Source of the DNA: an uncultured Chloroflexia bacterium
Lineage (GTDB): Bacteria; Chloroflexota; Limnocylindria; Limnocylindrales; CSP1-4
Assembly (NCBI GenBank): GCA_963720495.1
Contig: CAVRFU010000011.1
Location: forward strand, 246 to 64,245
Length of the DNA: 64,000 nt
Direction of reading: 5' to 3'
Both the position numbers and the translations under genes were made by a program. The stretch's first letter is position 1; each line of letters opens with the position of its first letter. Of the stretch, positions 30,339 through 39,673 are shown in pieces. The notes under the pieces are model-generated. The model did not search any database. It was not told the origin of the DNA and worked only from the letters and a program-made list of their open reading frames with translations.

Positions 30339-31886
30339 ATGACCGCTCCCGACCTCGAACACCCCTCGGTCCGCCGCGGTCGTGCCGCCCGCCAGACGGA
30401 GCGCCTGGCGCGAGCCATGGATACGGTCCCGTACCTGACCCGCACCCTGCAGCCCGTCGAGGTCATCTCGACCGAGGGGCTCGAGCAGATCGAGGCGAAC
30501 GCGGACACCCTCCTGGAGCAGGTCGGCATCGAGATCGTCAACTTCCCCGAGGCGGTGGAGATCTTCCGCGGCGCCGGCGCGGAGATCGAGGGCCAGCGGG
30601 TGCGCTTCCCGCGCGGGATGTGCCGCTCCCTGGTCATGGCCTCCGCGCCGACGGTCTTCACGCAGCTGGCCCGCAACCCGGCGCGCAGCGTCCGGATCGG
30701 CGACCCGTACATGGTCCTCGTGCCGACCTACGGCTCGCCGTTCATCCACAACCTCGATGACGGCCGGCGCTACGCGACGATCGAGGACTTCCGCAACTTC
30801 GTGAAGCTGGCCTACACGAGCCGGACGCTCCACCACGATGGCGGCACGCTCTGCGAGCCCGTGGACCTGCCGGTCAACAAGCGCCACTTCGAGATGGTCT
30901 ACAGCCACATCCGCTACTCGGACCGGGCGTTCATGGGCTCCGTGACACACCCCAGCCGGGCGCAGGACTCGGTCGACATGGCCCGGATCGTGTTCGGGGC
31001 CGAGACCACGGAGCGGGAGCACGTCATCATGGGCCTGGCCAACGCCAACTCGCCCATGTCGTGGGACTTCAACATGCTCGGCTCGGCCAAGGTCTACGCC
31101 GAGAACAACCAGATCATGCTCATCACGCCGTTCATCCTGGGCGGCGCGATGGCCCCGGTCACCGTCGCGGCGCAGGCCACCCAGACGCTGGCCGAGGCGC
31201 TGGCGGGCATGGCCTTCTGCCAGATCGTCCGGCCTGGGGCGCCGGTGATCTTCGGCTCATTCGCGTCGTCGATGTCGATGCAGACCGGCGCGCCGACGTT
31301 CGGGACGCCCGAACCGCAGCTCGTGCTCTTCGTCCTGGCCGCGCTCGCCCGGCGGCTCAAGGTGCCGTTCCGGAGCGGGGGCAACTTCACGGCCTCCAAG
31401 GTGCCCGACTACCAGGCGGCCTACGAGAGCGCCATCAGCTACATGGCGACGATGCAGGCCGGGGTCAACTTCAACCTCCACACGGCGGGCTGGCTGGAGG
31501 GCGGCCTGGCCATCGGCTACGAGAAGTTCATCCTCGACGAGGACCAGGCGTCGATGACCGAGGCCTATGTCAAGGGTGTCGACGTCAGCGACAACGGCTA
31601 CGCACTCGACGCCATGCTGGCCGGCGGTCCGGGTCAGCATTTCCTGGGATCGCCCCACACGCTGGCCAACTTCGAGAACGCCTTCTGGCGCTCCGAGCTG
31701 TCGAACAACGACAGCTTCGAGCAATGGGAGCTCGATGGCGCGCTCGATGCCGCCCAGCGCGCCAACCTCCGCTGGAAGAAGCGCCTGGCCGAGTACGAGA
31801 TGCCGGCGATCGACGACGCCGTCCACGACGAGCTGGTCGACTGGATGGACCGCCGCAAGGCGAGCTTCCCAGACTCCGATGTCTGA
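30339..31886 (+). CDS. MttB-family (trimethylamine methyltransferase superfamily) protein, non-pyrrolysine type, paralog 1
   Basis: About 515 aa with no internal stop. Shares long blocks with paralog 2 (GGAMAPVT, QxVRPGAPVI(F/Y)G, GAPxFGTPE, GWxEGGL, HFxG). GAGGAG precedes the second ATG at 30339 by 6 nt. Confidence 0.9.
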   Translation: MTAPDLEHPSVRRGRAARQTERLARAMDTVPYLTRTLQPVEVISTEGLEQIEANADTLLEQVGIEIVNFPEAVEIFRGAGAEIEGQRVRFPRGMCRSLVMASAPTVFTQLARNPARSVRIGDPYMVLVPTYGSPFIHNLDDGRRYATIEDFRNFVKLAYTSRTLHHDGGTLCEPVDLPVNKRHFEMVYSHIRYSDRAFMGSVTHPSRAQDSVDMARIVFGAETTEREHVIMGLANANSPMSWDFNMLGSAKVYAENNQIMLITPFILGGAMAPVTVAAQATQTLAEALAGMAFCQIVRPGAPVIFGSFASSMSMQTGAPTFGTPEPQLVLFVLAALARRLKVPFRSGGNFTASKVPDYQAAYESAISYMATMQAGVNFNLHTAGWLEGGLAIGYEKFILDEDQASMTEAYVKGVDVSDNGYALDAMLAGGPGQHFLGSPHTLANFENAFWRSELSNNDSFEQWELDGALDAAQRANLRWKKRLAEYEMPAIDDAVHDELVDWMDRRKASFPDSDV

Positions 31887-31898
31887 GCCGCGCGTCCG

Positions 31899-33959
31899 TC
31901 AGGCGGGCGGCTTCGGCCGATCGGGATCGTCCGGTGCCGGTGCCGTGGCGTCGGACCCGGCGGCGGCCACGACCGCCTCGGCCGCGACTTCGCCAGAGGC
32001 CTCCTCAGTCGCCGGCGTGGTCAGGACCGGCGCGTCCGCGTCGGTCGAGCGCCGCTGGAGCCGGCGCAGCTCCTCCAGCGGGATGTGGCAGCTCATCAGG
32101 TGACCCGGCTCGACCTCGACCAGCGGTGGCTCTGTGACCTCGCACAGGCCGCGAATGACGCGCGGACATCGCGTGTTGAACACGCAGCCGCTCGGCGGGT
32201 TGGCCGGGCTCGGGATCTCGCCCTCGAGGATGATCCGCCTCCGGTCCTCGCCGTCCACGTTGGGCACTGCCGACAGGAGGGCCTCCGTGTAGGGGTGGTT
32301 CGGGCCACGGAAGACGGTCTCGGAATCGCCCACCTCCATGATCCGGCCCAGGTACATGACCGCGATCCGGTCGGCCAGGTAACGGACCACGCCGAGATCG
32401 TGCGAGATCAGGAGATAGCTGGTCTTGCTCTTGAGCTGGAGCTCGGACAGCAAGTTGAGGATGGCGGCCTGGACCGAGACATCGAGCGCGCTGGTGGGCT
32501 CGTCAGCGACGACGATCCGCGGGTCGCCGGCGAACGCGCGGGCGATCGCCACGCGCTGCTTGAGCCCGCCGGACAGCTGCCGTGGCTTGAGATCGAGGTG
32601 ACGCTGGGTCAGGCGCAGGTCGGCGGCCAGCTTGTCGACCCGCTCGTCGACCGCTTTGCCCTTGAGTCCGGTCAGCTTGCTGACGGAGCGGGCCAGGATG
32701 TGGCGCGCCGTCCAGCCTCGGTTGAGTGCCGAGTCCGGGTTCTGGAAAACCATCTGGATGGAGCGCTTGTCCTCGGTCGGGCGGCTCGACGACTGGGCCG
32801 CGAGGGCGTGCTCGTCGAGCTCGAGGGTGCCGCCGGCGTCGGGGCTCTCGATGCCGAGGATCGTCCGGGCGAGGGTCGACTTGCCGGAGCCTGACTCACC
32901 GACCAGCCCGAGAGTCTCGCCGTCGAACAGCTCGAGGTCGACCTTGACCAGGGCCGGCACGTCGTGGCCGCTCTGATGGAAGGTCTTGGAGACGTGGTCG
33001 ACGGCCAGCGTCCGCTCGCCGTGGATCGTGTCCGCGCCGACGATCGAGGGCGGCTCGACGATCTCGGCCAGCCGGTCGCGATGGTGGCAGCGCGTCCACT
33101 GGCCACCGCCGACGTCGACGATCGGCGGCACGACCGTGCGGCACAGCTCATCGGCCAGGGGGCAGCGGTCGACGAACACGCAGGTCGGCAGGTCCGTCCC
33201 GATCTGGGGAAGGTTGCCGGGGATCGTCGAGAGCGCCCGTTCGGACTTGCGGATGCCACGCCGCGGGAGCGACCGCAGCAGGCCCAGCGTATAGGGGTGC
33301 TGTGGGTTGGCGAAGACCGCGGATGCCTCGCCTTCCTCCACGATCTTGCCCGCGTACATGACGCCGACGCGGTCGCACAGCGTGCGGATGACGCCGAGGT
33401 TGTGGGCGATCAGGAGAACCGCCGCGTTGGTCTCCGCCTGTAGGCTCCGGACCAGGTCCAGGACGCTCGCCTCGACCGTGGCGTCGAGCCCGGTCGTGGG
33501 CTCGTCGAGGACCAGCAGCTTCGGGTTGGAGGCCAGCGCGATCGCGATGACGATCCGCTGCTGCATCCCGCCGGAGAGCTGATAGGGATATCGCTGAGCG
33601 ACCCCCTCCGGATCGGCGATCTGGACCCGCTGGAGGGCCTTGAGCGCGCTTTCCTGCGCTTGCTTCTGGTCCTGGCCGAGGATCGTGAACGCCTCGACGA
33701 CCTGCGGGCCGACCTTGGTCGTCGGATTCAGCGCAGCGCCCGGATCCTGATAGACCATCGAGGCGTGATGGATCCGGAACTGGCGAACCTCGTCGTCGCT
33801 CATCTTGGTGATGTCGTCGCCCGCCACGAGGATGCGGCCACCCGTGATGACCGCGTTCCTCGGGAGATACCGAACCGCTGCGTAGGCTGTCGTGGACTTC
33901 CCACAACCCGATTCCCCGACGAGACCGTACGACTCCCCGGGTCGAACCTCGAACGTCAC
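31899..33959 (-). CDS. ABC transporter ATP-binding protein, two fused ABC domains (DppD-DppF type); true N-terminus probably at 34084 through a frame break
   Basis: Two Walker A motifs (GESGCGKS, GESGSGKS), two LSGG signatures, two oligopeptide-type C-terminal regions. The conserved LKVEDLSLAYVVRG lies in frame upstream of the first start codon, while ATG 34084 (ATGA overlap with the permease stop) is in another frame. Confidence 0.85.
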   Translation of the reverse strand: MTFEVRPGESYGLVGESGCGKSTTAYAAVRYLPRNAVITGGRILVAGDDITKMSDDEVRQFRIHHASMVYQDPGAALNPTTKVGPQVVEAFTILGQDQKQAQESALKALQRVQIADPEGVAQRYPYQLSGGMQQRIVIAIALASNPKLLVLDEPTTGLDATVEASVLDLVRSLQAETNAAVLLIAHNLGVIRTLCDRVGVMYAGKIVEEGEASAVFANPQHPYTLGLLRSLPRRGIRKSERALSTIPGNLPQIGTDLPTCVFVDRCPLADELCRTVVPPIVDVGGGQWTRCHHRDRLAEIVEPPSIVGADTIHGERTLAVDHVSKTFHQSGHDVPALVKVDLELFDGETLGLVGESGSGKSTLARTILGIESPDAGGTLELDEHALAAQSSSRPTEDKRSIQMVFQNPDSALNRGWTARHILARSVSKLTGLKGKAVDERVDKLAADLRLTQRHLDLKPRQLSGGLKQRVAIARAFAGDPRIVVADEPTSALDVSVQAAILNLLSELQLKSKTSYLLISHDLGVVRYLADRIAVMYLGRIMEVGDSETVFRGPNHPYTEALLSAVPNVDGEDRRRIILEGEIPSPANPPSGCVFNTRCPRVIRGLCEVTEPPLVEVEPGHLMSCHIPLEELRRLQRRSTDADAPVLTTPATEEASGEVAAEAVVAAAGSDATAPAPDDPDRPKPPA

Positions 33960-34080
33960 CCCGCGCAGGACGGGGCGCTGTATCCCGCGGACGACATAGG
34001 CGAGCGACAGGTCTTCGACCTTGAGCGCAGCCGGGGAGGCCGCGGGCCCCCCTGGGGCGGAGGCGGGGCCAGCTCGGTCG

Positions 34081-35928
34081 TCATTCGCTCAACACAGACT
34101 GCAGGGAGTCCGCGATCAGGTTCACCGCGACGACCGTGCTCGCGATCGCCAGCGCGGGGAACAGGGTCGGCCACCACGCCCCGCTGATCATGTTGTTGTA
34201 CTCCTGGCTCACGGTCAGACCCCAGTCCGCGGACGGCGGCTGGATCCCGACGCCGAGGAACGACAACGTGGCGATGGTGAAGATCGCGTAGCCGAACCGT
34301 ACCGTCATCTCGACGACCGTCGGTCCGAGGACGTTCGGAAAGATCTCCCGGGACAGGATGAAGAAGCCCGTCTCGCCACGGAGCTTGGCCGCGACGACAT
34401 AGTCCAGCTGTCTCTCGGACAGGACCGCCGAGCGAACGGTCCGGGCGACGATCGGCGTGAACAGGATGCCGACCACGCACACGACGACCAGCGGCGACGT
34501 GCCCAGCACGACGAGTGTCAGGAGCGCGACGAGGACGACCGGCAGGGCCAGGAATGCCTCGACGATCCGGCTCAGGACGTCGTCGATCGTCCCGCGGTAG
34601 TACCCCATCACGAGACCCAGGAGGGTCCCGGCCGCGACCCCGAGCAGCGCGGCAAGGGGGGCGAACAGCAACACGTCACGCGAACCGACCATGACCCGCG
34701 ACAGAACGTCACGACCGAGTCGGTCCGTGCCCATGAGGTGCTCAGGGCTCGGCGGCAGGTGGCCGGCCGCGAAGTAGTTGAACGGATCGTAAGGCGTGAT
34801 CCGTTCGCCCAGAACGGCCGTGATGATCCAGCCGATGATGACGATGTTGCCGATGATGAAGGCTGGCCGCCGGATGAGCACCGCGAAGGTCTCCCGGCGG
34901 GCCTGGGACCGCTCGGAGGCTGCTGGAGCCGCCATCGGCGCGGTCGGCTGGGGCTCGATGATGACATCGACCATCAGGTGTTCGCAGTCCAGTCGGATCC
35001 GTGGGTTCATCCAGGCGATCGTCATGTCCGCCACCAGCGTCGCGAGCATATAGACGATGCCGATGATGATGACGCCCGCGGTGAGCATCGGGATGTCCTT
35101 GCGCTGGGCGGCGAACAGCATCGTCTGGCCCATCCCGTTGTAGTTGAAGATCTTCTCGACCGCGATGATCCCGCCGAACAGGTAGCCGACCTGGACGGCG
35201 ATGACCGCGACGGTCGGGATGAGGGCATTTCGCAGGACGTGCTTGCGCATCACCTGGCTCGTGCTGAGACCCTTCATCGTCGCAGTCCGCGCGTAGTCGG
35301 ACTGGAGGACTTCGATGGTCCCTGCCCGCGTCATCCGCGCGATGTAGCCGAAGTACACGATCGCCATCGCGGTCGCCGGCATCAGGAGGTATTGCACCTG
35401 GGTCAGGATGCCAGCGTTGGGCGGTGGTGTTGCGAGGACGGGCAGTGCCTTGAGGCCGACCCCAACCACCACGACAAGGATGGTGCCGGTCACAAACTCC
35501 GGGATCGACGACGAGGTGACGCCGAGGAGGACGATCGCCCGATCGGTCGGCCGATCGCGACGCCTCGCGGCATACAAGCCGGCCGCGATGGCGAGGGGGA
35601 CCGTGATGGCGAGCGCGAGGCCGGCCAACTTTGCTGACCGGGCCATGGCGGCCACGAGCTGTGGGAGGACCGGCTGGTCATTGACGTATGAGTTCCCGAA
35701 GTCGAGCGTGACCACGCTCTTGATGGTGTCGAGGTACTGGACGATCAGGGGCCGGTTCGTCCCGAGTTTCTCGTTGAGCGCGTCGACGCTCTCCTGGGGT
35801 GCGAATGGGCCGAGGATCGTGCGCCCGACATCATTGGGCAGCACATTCGCGATCACGAAGACGATCGTGACCAGGATCCATATCGTGATGAGTGAGAGGA
35901 GCAGTCGGCGCGTGATGAACCGTGCCAT
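34081..35928 (-). CDS. ABC transporter permease, DppB-like and DppC-like halves in one ORF
   Basis: 615 aa. The first half ends with NPRIRLD, the usual DppB C-terminus. The second half starts at MVDVIIEP..., with RRPAFIIGNIVIIGW and the DppC-type core. Confidence 0.85.
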   Translation of the reverse strand: MARFITRRLLLSLITIWILVTIVFVIANVLPNDVGRTILGPFAPQESVDALNEKLGTNRPLIVQYLDTIKSVVTLDFGNSYVNDQPVLPQLVAAMARSAKLAGLALAITVPLAIAAGLYAARRRDRPTDRAIVLLGVTSSSIPEFVTGTILVVVVGVGLKALPVLATPPPNAGILTQVQYLLMPATAMAIVYFGYIARMTRAGTIEVLQSDYARTATMKGLSTSQVMRKHVLRNALIPTVAVIAVQVGYLFGGIIAVEKIFNYNGMGQTMLFAAQRKDIPMLTAGVIIIGIVYMLATLVADMTIAWMNPRIRLDCEHLMVDVIIEPQPTAPMAAPAASERSQARRETFAVLIRRPAFIIGNIVIIGWIITAVLGERITPYDPFNYFAAGHLPPSPEHLMGTDRLGRDVLSRVMVGSRDVLLFAPLAALLGVAAGTLLGLVMGYYRGTIDDVLSRIVEAFLALPVVLVALLTLVVLGTSPLVVVCVVGILFTPIVARTVRSAVLSERQLDYVVAAKLRGETGFFILSREIFPNVLGPTVVEMTVRFGYAIFTIATLSFLGVGIQPPSADWGLTVSQEYNNMISGAWWPTLFPALAIASTVVAVNLIADSLQSVLSE

Positions 35929-36004
35929 CGGCTACCTCTGCCCAGGATTGCGATGGGGCAGACGGAGGCCGGTGGATCCGTCCACCGGCCTCACGTTGTG
36001 CGTG

Positions 36005-37732
36005 TCAGGCGACCTTCGAGGCCGCCGAGAAGACCATTTGGCCGAGCCCGCTGGCGTACAGCGGCCCGTTGAACTTCTTCGAGCTGCCGGCGAGATAGTT
36101 GTAGAAGTAAGGCAGGCCGATGGCGGTGTCCTCGACGAGGATCGTCTCCATGTTCTTGCAGGCCGCCTTCTGAGCGTCGACGCCGACTGATGTCTGGAAT
36201 GCCTTGAAGGCGTCGTCGAAGGCGGTCGATCCGTACTGCGACGAGTTCCAGATGCCCTTGCTCTTGAGCGCCGCGTTGAGGAAGACGTCCGGCGTGCCCC
36301 GGTGCCCGTAGTCGACGATGCCGAGCTCGGCAGCGCCGGAGCACGGCGGGTCGGCCGGATCAGCCGGGCACCACTGGGCACCGTAGAAGGTGTCCAGGCT
36401 TTCCACCGCGACGTTCAGGGTGATGCCCGCCGGGGCGGCCTGGCTCTTCAGGAGCGTCGCGAGGTCAGGGATCTCGAGCAGCTGGCCCGCATGGAGCGTC
36501 GCGGTCAGGTTGCTGACGCCGGCGTCCGCGAGCAGGGCCTTGGCCTTGTCGATGTCCTGGGTGCGCTGCGGGACGGTCGAGTCGAAGTACGGGTAGCCCT
36601 CCCAGATCGGATGATCGTTGCCCAGCTGTGCCTTGCCCTGGAAGAGCTGCTGGATGAGGGCGGGTCGATCGAAAGTCAGCGCGAGCGCCTGGCGCACACG
36701 CTTGTCCGCGAACTGGCCCTTGTCCGTGCGCATCCAGATCTGCCGATGGAGGGCGGCCGGCGCGGCGATCGCATTGAAGTTCGGGTCGTCCAAGAGGGAT
36801 TTCCCGGACAGGATGTCGAACTGGATGATCGCGTCGACCTGGTCGCCCTGGTACGCGGTGACCATCGGACCGGTGGCGTCGAAGAAGATGAACTCGAGGC
36901 CGTCCAGCGGGGTCTTGCCGCCCCACCAGTCCTCGTTCCGGACGAACGACGCGCCGGTGTTCGGGTCGTACTTCGTGAGCTTCCAGGCACCCGTTCCGGC
37001 CGGGACCTTGTCGAGGGTCGTCCCCGCGACGTAGGCCTTCGGGGTGATCAGGGTCTGCGCGTTGAAAACGGAAACCAGATAGGGGAAGTTGCCGTTCGCG
37101 CCGATGAGCGTGAAGACGACCGTATTGGCGTCCTTGGCCACGGCGCCGCCCGACCCGAGGATCCCCTTCAGGCCGGAGTTGCCAGCGGTGACCAGGCGCT
37201 CCATCGTGGCGACGACGTCGTCGGCGGTGAAAGGCGATCCGTCGTGCCACTTCACGTTCTGGCGGAGATCGAACGTCCAGACGGTCCCGTCAGCGTTCGG
37301 CGTCCACTTGAGCGCGAGGCCGGGACCGATGTCGACGAGGTTGTTCGGGGTGAGCGCGCACAGGAATTCGAACGACTGCGAGGTGATGCCGTAGCCGCCC
37401 AGGTCCTGCATGGCGACCGGATCGACCTTGACCGGCTTCTGGGCTGCGATCCGCATCGTGCCGCCGATGGCGGCCGACCCGGCCGGCGCGCTGGCACCCG
37501 CCGGCGCGCTGGCACCGGCCGGTGCGCTGCCGCCGGCCGAGGCGGCAGGGCTGGCGTTGGTGCCGCCGCATGCGGCGATGACCATGCTGATCGATGCCAT
37601 GGACAGCCCGACGATCGCGCCCCGTTGCATGAACTCGCGACGGCTCAGGCGGCCGGCGGCGTACGCCTCCACCACGTCGAGCTGCAACGGCGCTGCCGAG
37701 CGGCGGACCTTGTCCAGCTTGGGATAGTCCAT
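36005..37732 (-). CDS. ABC transporter substrate-binding lipoprotein, family 5 (peptide/opine/nickel type)
   Basis: ATG at 37732. Tat-like SRREFMQRG, lipobox IAACGG, Ala/Ser/Pro linker, then SBP_bac_5 sequence (LALKWTPNADGTVWTFDLRQNVKWHDGSPFTADDV). The upstream 367 codons of ORF 36005..38833 are junk. Confidence 0.9.
   Translation of the reverse strand: MDYPKLDKVRRSAAPLQLDVVEAYAAGRLSRREFMQRGAIVGLSMASISMVIAACGGTNASPAASAGGSAPAGASAPAGASAPAGSAAIGGTMRIAAQKPVKVDPVAMQDLGGYGITSQSFEFLCALTPNNLVDIGPGLALKWTPNADGTVWTFDLRQNVKWHDGSPFTADDVVATMERLVTAGNSGLKGILGSGGAVAKDANTVVFTLIGANGNFPYLVSVFNAQTLITPKAYVAGTTLDKVPAGTGAWKLTKYDPNTGASFVRNEDWWGGKTPLDGLEFIFFDATGPMVTAYQGDQVDAIIQFDILSGKSLLDDPNFNAIAAPAALHRQIWMRTDKGQFADKRVRQALALTFDRPALIQQLFQGKAQLGNDHPIWEGYPYFDSTVPQRTQDIDKAKALLADAGVSNLTATLHAGQLLEIPDLATLLKSQAAPAGITLNVAVESLDTFYGAQWCPADPADPPCSGAAELGIVDYGHRGTPDVFLNAALKSKGIWNSSQYGSTAFDDAFKAFQTSVGVDAQKAACKNMETILVEDTAIGLPYFYNYLAGSSKKFNGPLYASGLGQMVFSAASKVA
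37482..37535 (-). repeat. 3 x 18-nt tandem repeat inside the SBP linker (encodes GASAPA repeats)
   Basis: gccggcgcgctggcaccc / gccggcgcgctggcaccg / gccggtgcgctgccgccg on the plus strand. Confidence 0.8.
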
Positions 37733-37918
37733 CGTTCTGGTTCCTCCGGGAGCAAGATCACCTGACGGCGACGAGCACCTTGATATGCATCGATCGCATG
37801 GGCCTCGCATCGCCCGGAACGGTTTCCTCCAGCCGGGCGACGGATGTCTCGGAACGGTACTTGCGGCCATTCCCACTGTCAACGAACCCGGCCGGTGCGG
37901 CTGGGTGATACTCCGCAC

Positions 37919-39025
37919 GTGCGTATCACCGCGATCCGATGCGAGCGACTGGTCGTGCCGCTGGACCCGCCCTTCCCGGCCGCCTGGGACCCGATCCCGC
38001 GCCGGTCGTTCGCGGCCACGATCGTGCGGGTCGAGACGGACGAGGGCGTCGTGGGGATCGGCTCGGGTGACACGATGGATGGCTTCGACGCGTTCGAGCA
38101 CCTGTTCATCGGCGGAGACCCGCTGGCCATCGCCCGCCACGTCCGGGCGATCGAGACGATCGACTTCCACGCCGGCCGCTACTGGCCGCTCGAGGTGGCC
38201 CTGTGGGACATCATCGGCCAGGTCGCGGGGCTGCCCGTCGCCACGCTCTTCGGCGGCGCGACGGACGCCATCCCCGCCTACGCCTCGTGCGGGATGCTGC
38301 TGCCGGCCGCGGAGCGTGCCGAGTCGGCCGTCCGCCTGCGCGAGGAGGGGTTCACGGCCCTCAAGATCCGGATCGATCCGCGCCGCCTGGACGAGGGCCT
38401 GGCCGCGGTCACCGCGACGCGGGCCGCGATCGGCGATTCGATGGCGATCATGGTCGACCTCAACCAGGGCTGGCGGATGGCCGGCGACCTGTCCGCCTCG
38501 CTCGGTCCGGTCGGCGCCCGCGAGATCGCGGCACGCTTGGCCGATGAGGGCGTCCTCTGGCTCGAGGAGCCGCTGGCCGGCACGGACCTGCGGGGGCTGG
38601 CTGCGCTGCGCGCGTCGGCGCCCGGGGTCCGGATCGCGGGCGGGGAGATGACCCGGACGTTCACTGAGACGCTGGCCGCCATCGAGGCGGACGCGTATGA
38701 CGTCTTCCAGCCCGACGTCGTCCTGACCGGGATGCTCCGTGCCCGGACGATCGGCGAGCTGGCGCTGGCGCGCAACCGCTGGTTCACCCCGCACACCTGG
38801 ACGAACGGGATCGGCGTGCTGGCCAACCTGCATGTCGCGGCCGGGGTCGGGGGCGGCCCGTTCCTGGAGTATCCGTACGACCCGCCCGGCTGGACCGCCG
38901 AGCGCCGCGACTTCATGCTCGCCGAGCCGGTCCGCCCAGGGCCCGACGGCCGTCTCCGCGTGCCGGCCGTGCCGGGTCTCGGGATCGTGCTCGACGAGGC
39001 CGCTGTCCGCCGGTACGCGGCGTGA
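37919..39025 (+). CDS. enolase-superfamily enzyme (mandelate racemase / muconate lactonizing enzyme family)
   Basis: GTG 37919. LKIRIDP, metal-ligand blocks IMVDLNQGW, WLEEP, IAGGE, then DVFQPDV and FTPHTW. Confidence 0.85.
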   Translation: MRITAIRCERLVVPLDPPFPAAWDPIPRRSFAATIVRVETDEGVVGIGSGDTMDGFDAFEHLFIGGDPLAIARHVRAIETIDFHAGRYWPLEVALWDIIGQVAGLPVATLFGGATDAIPAYASCGMLLPAAERAESAVRLREEGFTALKIRIDPRRLDEGLAAVTATRAAIGDSMAIMVDLNQGWRMAGDLSASLGPVGAREIAARLADEGVLWLEEPLAGTDLRGLAALRASAPGVRIAGGEMTRTFTETLAAIEADAYDVFQPDVVLTGMLRARTIGELALARNRWFTPHTWTNGIGVLANLHVAAGVGGGPFLEYPYDPPGWTAERRDFMLAEPVRPGPDGRLRVPAVPGLGIVLDEAAVRRYAA

Positions 39026-39160
39026 CGGCCGACGCGACCGGCACGTGCTCTCGGGCGGCTGAGCGCGTTTTCAGGGCTGTCGCCGTGCGACCGGAGCGGT
39101 ACACTCATCGTTCCTCAACTGAAGAACGGTGTCGCCGAGGGACCGAGGATCGTCGCAGGG

Positions 39161-39580
39161 GTGGTTGCCATGACTGAACCGAGGGGGACGGCGCCCGCGA
39201 GCGCCGCAGGGGCCGAGCCGACGGCCACAGAGCCGACCCAGGCCGAGATCGACGAGTGGGCCGCCCGCGAGCGTCAGCGCCGCGAGGCGTGGCTGAAAGG
39301 CCCCACGGCCGAGGAGCGCGAGGCGTACGCCCTCCGTCTCCGGCAGCGCCGCATCGCCGACACGTTCGACGACGGTGAGGCGATGCTGGCCGAGAGCGTC
39401 CGGCGCGGGATGCGTCTCGGACGCGAGGGCCAGCTGGCCGCCGAGGGCGCCGTCGCCCTCGCGTTCAAGCTCTCACGGCGGACGTTCGCGGAGCTCATCC
39501 GGGCCGGTCGCGAATGGGAGGAGGAGACCTCCCTGCCGACGCGGCGCAAGCGCGTCTCCATGGATGACGAGGGTTCCTGA
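39161..39580 (+). CDS. hypothetical protein (charged, helical)
   Basis: 139-aa ORF with coding-like codon usage. No recognised motif. Start is GTG 39161 or ATG 39170. Confidence 0.5.
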   Translation: MVAMTEPRGTAPASAAGAEPTATEPTQAEIDEWAARERQRREAWLKGPTAEEREAYALRLRQRRIADTFDDGEAMLAESVRRGMRLGREGQLAAEGAVALAFKLSRRTFAELIRAGREWEEETSLPTRRKRVSMDDEGS

Positions 39581-39673
39581 GGGCTCCAGCCCCGCGCCCG
39601 GGCCACGGGTAGCGCTCGACTCCCGGCGCAGAACCTCTCGGCGGCGCGCCGCTGCTGATCGGCCCGACGCCAC

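Noticed and set aside
28059-31022. 987-aa minus-strand ORF opposite the TMADH-like and MttB genes; similar cases are 45354..48065, 40954..42849, 43044..44846, 53216..55258, 21257..23542 and 18469..20418
   Set aside because: All have extreme Arg/Pro/Gly/Asp composition and no recognisable domains. All lie antisense to genes with clear family signatures. They are treated as spurious high-GC ORFs.
37733-37918. Overlapping 6-bp palindromes (ATGCAT, ATCGAT, CGATCG around 37783-37800) in the divergent region between the binding-protein and enolase-family genes, as a possible operator
   Set aside because: The palindromes do not combine into a longer symmetric site, and no convincing -35/-10 pair could be placed. 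This is too weak to call without comparative data.
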